Shown: in pieces, positions 1-8,454 of the stretch
Layout of the letters: the number at the start of each line of letters is the position of its first letter
Numbering within the stretch: position 1 is the stretch's first letter
IMG/VR virus record: IMGVR_UViG_3300020044_003383
Span: 1 to 29,979 of that record
DNA length: 29,979 bases
From: a virus
Lineage: Duplodnaviria; Caudoviricetes
Direction: 5' to 3' (one strand)
Made by a program: the position numbers and the translations under genes
The notes under the pieces: model-generated
Database searches by the model: none
Told to the model about the DNA's origin: nothing
The model's input: the letters and a program-made list of their open reading frames with translations, nothing else

Positions 1-121
1 ACAACACCAAGAAAATCAAGTATAACAATTAAATTTTAATCAAATGAGCAGACAAGCAGAATTTCAGACACAAAGTTCAAATCCTACAAAGTATTATTTT
101 GAATGGAAATCAGACGACAAA
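1..121. repeat. Terminal direct repeat, left copy (circular assembly overlap)
   Basis: Bases 1-121 are identical to 29859-29979. The repeat cuts through ORF 29463-29897 and the start of ORF 44-700, as expected for an assembler k-mer overlap. Confidence 0.95.
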
Positions 122-700
122 ACCTTTGCATATTATGACAAAGAAAAAAAAGAAAACGTAAAAATCGAATTACCATTTAAGTTTCTTACTTTGATGGAAT
201 TTCACACAATTAAAGGTTGGAACGACAAAAATCAATCTGGCGTTTATTCTAACGAAGTGAAATCAATCGGTAATGACGAAATCAATGTCAGACTTTTCAA
301 AGGCAATCAATCGGTAAAAGGTATCTACAAAGACATCAAAGAAACCATTGTTGCAATGGGCGGTCATTACACGAAATCGATTTACATTATGTTAGAATCT
401 GGCGAAATTGCAAACGTAAACATCAAAGGAAGTTCGGTTCAATCTTGGGGCGATTTCACACAAAAATCACGTTCACGTTTAAGTGATGAATGGATTCAAG
501 TTTCAAACGCAATTGAATTGAAAAAAGGAAAAGTTGAATATTCGATTCCAGAATTTAAATTCGCACATACTTTGTCAGCAGACCAGGCAATTCAAGCCGA
601 TAATGCTTACAATGAATTAAGAAAATACATTGATTCATATTTGGCAAAATCAATTGAAGTAATTGAAGACGAAGAAGTTTCAGTTGAAGACATTTTTTAA
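44..700 (+). CDS. Putative single-stranded DNA-binding protein
   Basis: 218 aa, beta-rich and aromatic, with an acidic C-terminal tail ending in Phe (EDEEVSVEDIF) typical of SSBs; lies at the head of the replication block. Confidence 0.5.
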   Translation: MSRQAEFQTQSSNPTKYYFEWKSDDKTFAYYDKEKKENVKIELPFKFLTLMEFHTIKGWNDKNQSGVYSNEVKSIGNDEINVRLFKGNQSVKGIYKDIKETIVAMGGHYTKSIYIMLESGEIANVNIKGSSVQSWGDFTQKSRSRLSDEWIQVSNAIELKKGKVEYSIPEFKFAHTLSADQAIQADNAYNELRKYIDSYLAKSIEVIEDEEVSVEDIF

Positions 701-715
701 TAAAATCACCTCACG

Positions 716-1198
716 ATGTATAGGTCAATCGTTTTTTATATTATGGAAAACATAAAACTTTTAAAAGACATTACAACAATTACTGGAATCGATATAAGTA
801 AACCATCACGAAGACGTGAAATTGTAGAAATCAAAGCGATTTTTTGTAATATTTTAAGACAACAAAATTTTACTTTACAAAGTATTGGCGACACAATAAA
901 TATGAAACATTGTTCAATTTCGCACTTACTTAATTTGTATAAAATTATAAATCATTTGCCACATATTCGACGAATAGAAAATAAAATAAAACTATTGAAT
1001 GAAGGATTTGATTTTAAATTTTTAGAATATCAAAATAAAATTGACGAATTGAAACTTGAAAACGATGAATTGAAACAAAAAATAAATTTAAAAAACAATG
1101 ATTTTTTTGAAAAACTTTTTATTTTAGCAAATGACAATCAATTCATTTATGACAAATTAGTTAGTTTTTACAATATTAATTCAAAACTAAAATTTTAA
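716..1198 (+). CDS. DnaA C-terminal (domain IV)-like HTH DNA-binding protein with coiled-coil tail; start may be 743
   Basis: ISKPSRRREIVEIKAIFCNILRQQNFTLQSIGDTINMKHCSISH follows the DnaA domain IV pattern (S..R...I...R.I..Y..R.....L..IG......H..V.H). Confidence 0.65.
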   Translation: MYRSIVFYIMENIKLLKDITTITGIDISKPSRRREIVEIKAIFCNILRQQNFTLQSIGDTINMKHCSISHLLNLYKIINHLPHIRRIENKIKLLNEGFDFKFLEYQNKIDELKLENDELKQKINLKNNDFFEKLFILANDNQFIYDKLVSFYNINSKLKF

Positions 1199-1395
1199 TG
1201 AAGCCAGAAACTTACAAATCGATTCCGTCGCACATTCGAAATCGAGCAATTGAAAAGATTGGAAAAAGAACTACAACAATATACAACGCAATTTTTTTTC
1301 AATTCGGAAAAATACCGACAACATTCATTCCAACACTTAAAACAGAAATTGACAATGAAATCAAATATCTTAAATCAATCAAAGAAAAAATCTGA
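1198..1395 (+). CDS. Hypothetical protein
   Basis: 65-aa ORF coupled to the upstream gene through TAATG. Confidence 0.6.
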   Translation: MKPETYKSIPSHIRNRAIEKIGKRTTTIYNAIFFQFGKIPTTFIPTLKTEIDNEIKYLKSIKEKI

Positions 1396-1501
1396 CATTC
1401 AGCAAATGTCTAATTTTTATGAATGGCTTTTAAAAGTCAAAAATGTATATTTGCACGACAACAATAAAATTGACAAAGCATTTCAACGTGTAATACAATG
1501 A
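1355..1501 (+). CDS. Small hypothetical protein (ATG at 1355 or 1406; ORF track 1250-1501)
   Basis: Fills the gap before the primase leader; start uncertain. Confidence 0.4.
   Translation: MKSNILNQSKKKSDIQQMSNFYEWLLKVKNVYLHDNNKIDKAFQRVIQ
1446..1453 (+). promoter_or_regulatory. Bacteroidota sigma-A -7 element TATATTTG upstream of the primase-helicase
   Basis: Exact TAnnTTTG match about 150 bp before ATG 1602; the -33 element is poor. Confidence 0.45.
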
Positions 1502-1585
1502 CGCAAAATTCTTATTAACGAACCACAACGAAAATAAAACGACACGACACAAATTTTTTTGACTTTTTTGCGTCTTTGCGTCTAA
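1499..1585. promoter_or_regulatory. Operator-like module in the primase leader (TGACGCAA ... CTTATTAAC ... TTTTGCGTCTTTGCGTCTAA)
   Basis: 1566-1585 is identical over 20 nt to 10048-10067; the other two motifs occur in the same order at 9974-10001. Confidence 0.7.
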
Positions 1586-1601
1586 TTAAAAAACAATTAA
1601 A

Positions 1602-3962
1602 ATGAAAATATCAGTATTTAAATCACTTTACAAAACAGATGACGTTCCGTTTGACCTGGACATTGTGAAAGTTTTGGATCGCATCAAAAATGGTGCGTCA
1701 AAAGATAAGATTTTACAGATTCGAACAATGCCAGAATGCGAAGAAAAGAAACAATTAAAAAATTCATTGATTTCAATTCTATTCAATGGAACTTTTTCAA
1801 CAAGAAACGACAACGCATTGATTGAACATTCTGGACTTTGCATTCTTGACTTTGACAAATATGAATCTGAAGACAAAAAAGAAAAAGAACGTAAAAGATT
1901 AATGAAATGCGAATATGTTTTTTCAGTTTTTGAATCACCAAGCGGAAACGGATTGAAAGCATTGATTCGAATTCCGAAATGCGACAAAGAAAATCATAAA
2001 AGATACTTCAAAGCATTTGGCGAATATTTTAAATCCGATTATTTTGACTTTAAAAATTCAAACGTTTCACGTGTTTGTTTTGAAAGTTATGATCCAGACG
2101 TTTACATAAATGAAAACGCAACTATTTGGGACAAATTAAACGAAGACGAAGGATTTTCAGTTTATGAAAAGAAACCATTATTGCCTTTGCAAGACGAAGA
2201 CGAAATCATTAGACGTTTGTTGAAATGGTGGGATTCAAAATACGGATTTAAAGAAGGCGAACGCAATAATAATCTTTTCATTCTTGCAATGGCGCTTTGT
2301 GAATTTGGTGTTCAATTCGATTATGCTATTGGCTACGTTCAAAACAATGTTGTTTATGGTAATTTTTCAGAATTTGAATTGACAACTTTATTTCAAAGTG
2401 CGTATAAACGTGCAACACCTTCATCAAAATATTTCGAAGACCAAAATAAGATTGACAGAATAAAAAACAATTTGTCAAAAGGAATGCCAAAGACAGAAAT
2501 CGCAAATTTTTTAAAAATCGACGAAAAAATAATTGACGAAATAAACGAAATAAACGAAGACGAAGATTTCTGGCAAAAGTATGAAGACAAAAAAGGAAAT
2601 ATTTCTGTAAAGATTGATTCATTAAAATACAAGTATTGGCTTGAAAGAAAAGGTTTTAAAAAGTATTACCCAGAAAGTTCAAATCAACCTACATTTGTAC
2701 ATATTAAATCAAACAAAGTCAATCAATCGAGTACAGATATAATCAAAGACATCGTGTTGCAACACTTACTGGACAGAAACGAAATCGAAGTCTTCAATTT
2801 TTGTTCAAAATCAAGTCAAATGTTTAGCGATTATTATTTGACAATGTTGGAATCAATAGAATTAAAAATGATTAAGGATTCAAAGTCTGAAGCATTCATT
2901 CCGTTTTTGAATGGTGTTGTTAGAATTACAAAATCAAAAGTTGAATTGATTGATTTTATCGATGTCGATGGCTATATTTGGGAAAATCAAATTATAAACA
3001 GAAACTTTGTAAAATCTGACAACGTTGAAAACGATTTTAAAGATATGGTTTCAAAAGTTTCAGCAAAAGACGAAACAAGAATCAACGCATTAGAACACAC
3101 ACTTGGATATTTGATTCATTCTTACAAAGACAAGACGGACCAAAAAGCAATCATAATAAACGACCAGGAAATTGACGACAATCCGAACGGGGGTTCTGGA
3201 AAAAGTTTAATGATTTCCGCTTTGTCTAATTTTAAAAAAGTTGTTAAGATTGACGGGAAATCATTTGACACCAAGAAAAGTGATTTCATTTATCAACGTG
3301 TTTCAATTGATACACAAGTATTGGCGTTTGACGATGTGAAAAAGAACTTTGAATTTGAACAATTATTTTCAATCATTACTGAAGGAATTACAATCAACAG
3401 AAAAAACAAAGACGAAATATTCGTTCCGTTTGACCGCTCGCCAAAAATTATAATAACAACAAATTATGTAATTAATGGAAGTGGAACATCACACGACAGA
3501 CGAAGACACGAAATTGAATTTTTTCAGTACTTCAACGGAAAAAGAAATCCATTGACTGAATATGGTCGTTTGCTTTTTGATTCTTGGCAATCTGAAGACT
3601 GGATTTTGTTTGATAATTATATGATTCAGAATTTACAAAAGTTTTTGAAAAACGGATTGATTGAATCGATTTCAATTAATGCAGACATAAAAAGATTCAT
3701 TCAAAGTACAAACAAAGATTTTTACGACTGGATTGAAGACGGAAACCTTCTTGAAAACGTCAGAATTTACAATACAGACATTATTTCAAAGTTTACGTCT
3801 GAATATAAGAATTATAATTTAATGACGTCTAAAACGTTCTTAAAATGGATACACGAATATTGTAAATTCAAAAATTACGAATTAGAAAAAGACAAAGACC
3901 ACATAGGTAGATATTTTTATATCAAAACAGATTCAGAAATCAATAATGAAATACCATTTTAA
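1602..3962 (+). CDS. Primase-helicase (VirE-N/BT4734-like primase domain, PriCT domain, P-loop helicase)
   Basis: N-terminal HSGLCILDFD, SPSGNGLK and NVSRVCFESYD motifs; PriCT-like GERNNNLF; Walker A GGSGKS; Walker B LAFDD; IIITTN sensor; acidic C-terminus ending EIPF. Confidence 0.85.
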   Translation: MKISVFKSLYKTDDVPFDLDIVKVLDRIKNGASKDKILQIRTMPECEEKKQLKNSLISILFNGTFSTRNDNALIEHSGLCILDFDKYESEDKKEKERKRLMKCEYVFSVFESPSGNGLKALIRIPKCDKENHKRYFKAFGEYFKSDYFDFKNSNVSRVCFESYDPDVYINENATIWDKLNEDEGFSVYEKKPLLPLQDEDEIIRRLLKWWDSKYGFKEGERNNNLFILAMALCEFGVQFDYAIGYVQNNVVYGNFSEFELTTLFQSAYKRATPSSKYFEDQNKIDRIKNNLSKGMPKTEIANFLKIDEKIIDEINEINEDEDFWQKYEDKKGNISVKIDSLKYKYWLERKGFKKYYPESSNQPTFVHIKSNKVNQSSTDIIKDIVLQHLLDRNEIEVFNFCSKSSQMFSDYYLTMLESIELKMIKDSKSEAFIPFLNGVVRITKSKVELIDFIDVDGYIWENQIINRNFVKSDNVENDFKDMVSKVSAKDETRINALEHTLGYLIHSYKDKTDQKAIIINDQEIDDNPNGGSGKSLMISALSNFKKVVKIDGKSFDTKKSDFIYQRVSIDTQVLAFDDVKKNFEFEQLFSIITEGITINRKNKDEIFVPFDRSPKIIITTNYVINGSGTSHDRRRHEIEFFQYFNGKRNPLTEYGRLLFDSWQSEDWILFDNYMIQNLQKFLKNGLIESISINADIKRFIQSTNKDFYDWIEDGNLLENVRIYNTDIISKFTSEYKNYNLMTSKTFLKWIHEYCKFKNYELEKDKDHIGRYFYIKTDSEINNEIPF

Positions 3963-3964
3963 TT

Positions 3965-4642
3965 ATGAATATAACAGATAAAATCACAATAACAAACGAA
4001 GACAACATTCAATTGATGTCAAGGTTTCCAGATAATTTTTTTGATTTGGCAATAGTCGATCCGCCTTATGGAATTAATGTATCAAAAACAATACATCATC
4101 AACCAAACACAATAAACAAAATAACTAATTATAGTAAAAAAGAATGGGATAATATAATACCTAATAAAAAATATTGGAATGAATTATTTAGAGTTTCAAA
4201 AAATCAATTTGTTTGGGGAGGAAATTATTTTACAGAATATTTAAAACCTACTAAAGATTGGATTATATGGGATAAAGAACAACCAGCAGAAATGCACTTT
4301 GCTCAAGCTGAATTATGTTGGTGTTCATTTGGTAGAGGTTTGAGAATATTTAAAAGAAGTATTGCTAAAGACCAAAACAGAGTATCAAATAATAAAACAA
4401 AAGCATTAGAATATTGTAGAATACACCCAACACAAAAACCAGTTGCATTATACAAATGGATTCTTGACAAATACGCAAAGCCAGGCGACAAAATTCTTGA
4501 CACACATCTTGGTTCTGGAAGTATTGCAATAGCGTGCCACGATTATAAATTTGAATTGACGGCTTGTGAACTTGACAAAGAATATTTTGATAAAGCAATT
4601 CAAAGAATTAAAAATCACGTTTCACAACAAAAACTTTTTTAA
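3965..4642 (+). CDS. Orphan DNA amino-methyltransferase (N6-A/N4-C, beta class)
   Basis: Motif IV DPPY near the N-terminus, then HPTQKP, then motif I DTHLGSGS near the C-terminus. Confidence 0.93.
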   Translation: MNITDKITITNEDNIQLMSRFPDNFFDLAIVDPPYGINVSKTIHHQPNTINKITNYSKKEWDNIIPNKKYWNELFRVSKNQFVWGGNYFTEYLKPTKDWIIWDKEQPAEMHFAQAELCWCSFGRGLRIFKRSIAKDQNRVSNNKTKALEYCRIHPTQKPVALYKWILDKYAKPGDKILDTHLGSGSIAIACHDYKFELTACELDKEYFDKAIQRIKNHVSQQKLF

Positions 4643-4644
4643 CA

Positions 4645-4845
4645 ATGATATATTTCGATGAAATTTTAGAAACTAATCAAAACACAAAACAAATGAAACA
4701 ATTTAAATTTTATTACTGGGTTGAAAAGAATGACGAATGTCAAGATTATGAAATCACAATTCAAGCAATTGACATCAAAAATGCAATCGATATTTTCAAA
4801 GACGATTTCACACGTGCAAAAATAAGAAGTATTGATTTTTTATAA
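4645..4845 (+). CDS. Hypothetical protein (start may be 4693)
   Basis: Tightly packed + strand ORF. Confidence 0.6.
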   Translation: MIYFDEILETNQNTKQMKQFKFYYWVEKNDECQDYEITIQAIDIKNAIDIFKDDFTRAKIRSIDFL

Positions 4846-4857
4846 AACATATTAGAT

Positions 4858-5046
4858 ATGACACTAAAAGAAAAAATAGGAAATGTATTGGTTGATAAAA
4901 GTATTTCAGAAAATTTAGAAAAATTAACAGACGATTATGCTATTGAAATTTTAGAATATTATCATAATGGTTTGTTTTTTATACCATTAAAAAAAGGTGA
5001 AGCAAAAAAAATAGTAGAACATATTAAAAAAGAAAAAAACTTATGA
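4858..5046 (+). CDS. Hypothetical protein
   Basis: 62-aa ORF with ATGA overlap to the next gene. Confidence 0.6.
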   Translation: MTLKEKIGNVLVDKSISENLEKLTDDYAIEILEYYHNGLFFIPLKKGEAKKIVEHIKKEKNL

Positions 5047-5186
5047 ACTTAAAAAAAGAACTGAAAACTTTGACACCACTACAAAGAATTAAACGAATAA
5101 TGCTATTCAATTACAATCGCGGAAACAACAAAGAATCTGTAAATCGTGTATACTATAACATTTTAAAGTCAAAATTTAACAAATGA
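5043..5186 (+). CDS. Small basic hypothetical protein, 47 aa (not in ORF track)
   Basis: MNLKKELKTLTPLQRIKRIMLFNYNRGNNKESVNRVYYNILKSKFNK; ATGA overlaps at both ends. Confidence 0.65.
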   Translation: MNLKKELKTLTPLQRIKRIMLFNYNRGNNKESVNRVYYNILKSKFNK

Positions 5187-6391
5187 TTTTGCGCGACTAT
5201 CAAAACGACATCGTTATCAAAGGAAAATCGATTCTGAATCAATTCGGAATTGTTTACCTGGCGATGGAAGTTCGAACTGGAAAAACCGCAACCGCTTTGA
5301 AAATTGCAAAAGATTATAAACGCGTTTTGTTTATAACAAAGAAAAAGGCAATACAATCAATTTTAGACGATTTCAGCGCATTAAATTACAATTACGAACT
5401 TGTTGTCATAAATAATGAATCGTTGCATAAAATCGACGGCAAATTCGATTTGATTATATCTGACGAACATCATAGAAACGGAACTTTTCCAAAGCCGAAT
5501 CTTTCAGCAAAATTCATTAAGAAAAACTTTTCACATTTGCCAATGATTTTTTTGTCTGGAACACCTTCGCCAGAATCTTATTCGCAATTGTTTCATCAAT
5601 TTTGGGTTTCTGACAAGTCACCATTTGCACAATATAAAAACTTTTATTCTTGGGCAAAAGATTATGTAAATGTCAAAGAAAAAAACTTCGGCTATATTGT
5701 AAAAGATTATTCAGATGCAAAATTTTCTGACATAAATGCTTGTGTATCAAAATATTTTATTAAATTTACACAAAATGATGCTGGTTTTTCAACCAAAGTA
5801 AATGAAAACGTTCTTATTTGTACCTTAAAAGATAGTACATACAACATAATTAATAAACTAAAACGTGATTTGATTGTAATTGGCAAAGACGAAGAAATTG
5901 TTGCAGACACAAAAGTCAAGTTAATGCAAAAAATTCATCAATTGTCTTCGGGAACTATTATCTTTGAATCTGGAAACGCAAAAGTCATTGACGATTCAAA
6001 AGCACAATTCATAAAAGAAACGTTCAAAGGAAAAAAGATTGCAATATTTTATAAGTTTCAACAAGAATTGAACGCTTTGAAATCAGTGTTCAAGGATTCC
6101 TTGACAACTGACTTGAATGAATTTAATGAAACGTATAAACATATATGTTTACAAATTGTGTCTGGTCGTGAAGGTATAAGTTTAAAAAACGCAGACGTTT
6201 TGATTTATTATAATATTGATTTCAGCGCATTGTCATATTGGCAAAGTCGGGACAGACTTACAACAATGGAACGAAAAACGAATGACATTTATTGGATCTT
6301 TTCAGACAAAGGAATTGAACGACAGATTTATAAACAAGTCATTGCAAAAAAAGATTATACATTGAATCATTTTATTAAAACAGAATTATGA
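5183..6391 (+). CDS. SF2 (SNF2-like) phage helicase
   Basis: Q-motif LRDYQ, Walker A EVRTGKT, Walker B IISDEHH, motif III LSGTP, motif V GREGISL, motif VI QSRDR. Confidence 0.88.
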   Translation: MILRDYQNDIVIKGKSILNQFGIVYLAMEVRTGKTATALKIAKDYKRVLFITKKKAIQSILDDFSALNYNYELVVINNESLHKIDGKFDLIISDEHHRNGTFPKPNLSAKFIKKNFSHLPMIFLSGTPSPESYSQLFHQFWVSDKSPFAQYKNFYSWAKDYVNVKEKNFGYIVKDYSDAKFSDINACVSKYFIKFTQNDAGFSTKVNENVLICTLKDSTYNIINKLKRDLIVIGKDEEIVADTKVKLMQKIHQLSSGTIIFESGNAKVIDDSKAQFIKETFKGKKIAIFYKFQQELNALKSVFKDSLTTDLNEFNETYKHICLQIVSGREGISLKNADVLIYYNIDFSALSYWQSRDRLTTMERKTNDIYWIFSDKGIERQIYKQVIAKKDYTLNHFIKTEL

Positions 6392-6564
6392 AAATAAGCG
6401 AACACATAATTTCAAATGAAAACGCAACTGAATATTTTAATATTTTTTTTAAAGTTTCAAATCAAACAGATTTAACTTTTGAACAATATAATGAAATTGA
6501 ATACTTAATTTATAAAAAGTTAAATGATTATAAAAACGAAATAAAAGAAATTGAAAAATTATAA
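6388..6564 (+). CDS. Small hypothetical protein, 58 aa (not in ORF track)
   Basis: MKISEHIISNEN...NEIKEIEKL; ATGA overlap with the helicase stop. Confidence 0.6.
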   Translation: MKISEHIISNENATEYFNIFFKVSNQTDLTFEQYNEIEYLIYKKLNDYKNEIKEIEKL

Positions 6565-6567
6565 ATT

Positions 6568-6795
6568 ATGACACCAAAAGAAAAAGCCGAAGAGTTAGTA
6601 GATAAATATATGAATTTAAATAAAGTAAAGTTATCTGACTATTCAGTGATTTATACACCAACAGCCAAACAATGTGCATTAATAGTAGTTGATGAGATAT
6701 TAGATTTAAATTTAGGATTATCTAACTGTGATGAAAATAATTGGGCTATTGAAAAATTTTATAGAGAAGTAAAACAAGAAATTGAAAAATTATGA
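6568..6795 (+). CDS. Small accessory protein (MTPKEKA...EVKQEIEKL type)
   Basis: 75-aa ORF flanked by 18-bp direct repeats. Confidence 0.7.
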   Translation: MTPKEKAEELVDKYMNLNKVKLSDYSVIYTPTAKQCALIVVDEILDLNLGLSNCDENNWAIEKFYREVKQEIEKL

Positions 6796-6959
6796 AAATA
6801 GAAATTAAACATTACGGAAATACATACACAGTAGAAACGGAAAACGACGATTTCACAACAGACGAAATGTTTGACATTTTTACTGGTTTACTAATTCAAT
6901 TAGGGTATCAACAACAAAGCATTAATGAAGCAATAAAAGAATTAGCAGATGACTTGTAA
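6792..6959 (+). CDS. Small acidic hypothetical protein, 55 aa (not in ORF track)
   Basis: MKIEIKHYGNTYTVETENDDF...AIKELADDL; ATGA overlap. Confidence 0.65.
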   Translation: MKIEIKHYGNTYTVETENDDFTTDEMFDIFTGLLIQLGYQQQSINEAIKELADDL

Positions 6960-6991
6960 ACAAAAATTTAAACTAATTAATAAATATATTT

Positions 6992-7246
6992 ATGATACCA
7001 CAAAACAAAGCGATTGAAATTTACAATCAATTCAAATTTGAAACCGCAAACGAAGACGTCAATAAAATGCTCGAAGACGTTGCATTCTTTTCTTGCAAAA
7101 TTTTCATCAACGAAATTCTAAAAAATTGCTCAATCAAAAAACGAGTATATTGGCAACAAGTGAACAAATTCATTTTGGAACATTACACAAACAAAATACT
7201 AAATGTTAGAATCAAACATACAGAAGAAAATAATTCAGAGGTATAA
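6992..7246 (+). CDS. Hypothetical protein, probable diverged paralogue of 6568-6795
   Basis: MIPQNKAIEIY..F / IFINEIL / YWQQVNKFI aligns by eye to MTPKEKAEELV..Y / IVVDEIL / FYREVKQEI. Confidence 0.6.
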   Translation: MIPQNKAIEIYNQFKFETANEDVNKMLEDVAFFSCKIFINEILKNCSIKKRVYWQQVNKFILEHYTNKILNVRIKHTEENNSEV

Positions 7247-7439
7247 AGACGACGGCTGGATTGTCGTCAAACTTATTAAGACAAACACAAACGGCATTCC
7301 AGATTTGATGTGTCTTAAAAATAACGAAACGATTTTCATTGAAGTAAAACGACCAGGCGGGAAACTATCTGAACTTCAAAAGCATAGAATCAAACAATTA
7401 GAAAACGAACAATTCAAAGTTTTAGTGTTATATGAATAG
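7203..7439 (+). CDS. VRR-NUC (PD-(D/E)XK) nuclease, probable Holliday-junction resolvase
   Basis: E..IQ, GIPDL, FIEVK and GKLSELQ motifs. Confidence 0.9.
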   Translation: MLESNIQKKIIQRYKDDGWIVVKLIKTNTNGIPDLMCLKNNETIFIEVKRPGGKLSELQKHRIKQLENEQFKVLVLYE

Positions 7440-7653
7440 TAGTATTATTAATGAAGACGGTTCTGTCAATCAAAAAATTTTTGAAATCGAAGGACTCAAA
7501 CTTGAATTTGTTGCAACCGAAGAAGGTATTTCATACAAAGCAATCGATGCAATTGATACAATCTTGAATCATAACACTGGCAAAAAAACAAAATGGCATA
7601 GACTTAAATTAAAACAATTTTATGATTCTCGATATATTAGCAAAACGGCATAA
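7432..7653 (+). CDS. Hypothetical protein
   Basis: 73-aa ORF overlapping both neighbours. Confidence 0.6.
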   Translation: MNSSIINEDGSVNQKIFEIEGLKLEFVATEEGISYKAIDAIDTILNHNTGKKTKWHRLKLKQFYDSRYISKTA

Positions 7654-8101
7654 TGAATGGATCAAACTTGCAAACAAAATTTGCAAGAATCCAGAACGTT
7701 CAAAAGACTTGGTTCAAGATATGTATATTCGAATCTATAATTCGGGGAAATCAATCGACCAAATAAATGAATGTTATATTTATTTCATTATGCGAAATCA
7801 GTTTTATAACGAAATCAAAAAAGAAAAAGAAACCATTTTATTAGATGACTTTTCAAACATCGAAATATTTGCTGAAGACTACGACAAACAAAAAGACGAA
7901 ATACTTTCAATTTTAGAAAAAGAACGTCAAAAATTATCTTGGTACGAAAAACAAATAATTGATTTAACAACCGAATTTGGACAACGTGAACTTTCACGTC
8001 AAACTGGAATCCATATTCAAACAATACACAACACAACAAAAAAAATTAAAAACAAATTATGGCAAAGCGTAGAAAAAAAATCGAAGGACTTGGGGACATA
8101 G
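7622..8101 (+). CDS. ECF-type RNA polymerase sigma factor (probable late sigma)
   Basis: Region 2 SKDLVQDMYIRI...YIYFIMRN; region 4 HTH QRELSRQTGIHIQTIHNT; sits directly before the packaging genes. Confidence 0.8.
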   Translation: MILDILAKRHNEWIKLANKICKNPERSKDLVQDMYIRIYNSGKSIDQINECYIYFIMRNQFYNEIKKEKETILLDDFSNIEIFAEDYDKQKDEILSILEKERQKLSWYEKQIIDLTTEFGQRELSRQTGIHIQTIHNTTKKIKNKLWQSVEKKSKDLGT

Positions 8102-8433
8102 TCGAACAAGTAACAAAAGCAACTGGAATCAAAAAAGTAATTGGCGATTGTGAAGGGTGCGAACAAAGAAAATTCTTGTTGAATAGAATATTTCCATTCA
8201 AGCGAGTAAACAAAATTATGACAGACGAACACAAAGCACAATTTGAAGTGTTCTTGTCTGAATGCGGAAATCGTGTTTTAGAAAATCGTATTACAGACAT
8301 CACAAATCACGTTCCGTTTTTAAATGAATTGTACAAAGAATATTTCGGAATTACAATCGAAGTGTGCGAATCGTGTTCAAACATTCACAAAGCAATCATT
8401 CGTGATTTGAATAAATTATTTCAAAATTCGTAA
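8059..8433 (+). CDS. Hypothetical protein with two CxxC motifs (probable Zn binding)
   Basis: GLGDIVEQVTKATGI...CEGC...CESC; overlaps the sigma gene. Confidence 0.7.
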   Translation: MAKRRKKIEGLGDIVEQVTKATGIKKVIGDCEGCEQRKFLLNRIFPFKRVNKIMTDEHKAQFEVFLSECGNRVLENRITDITNHVPFLNELYKEYFGITIEVCESCSNIHKAIIRDLNKLFQNS

Positions 8434-8454
8434 AAATATAATTATATTTAATTT

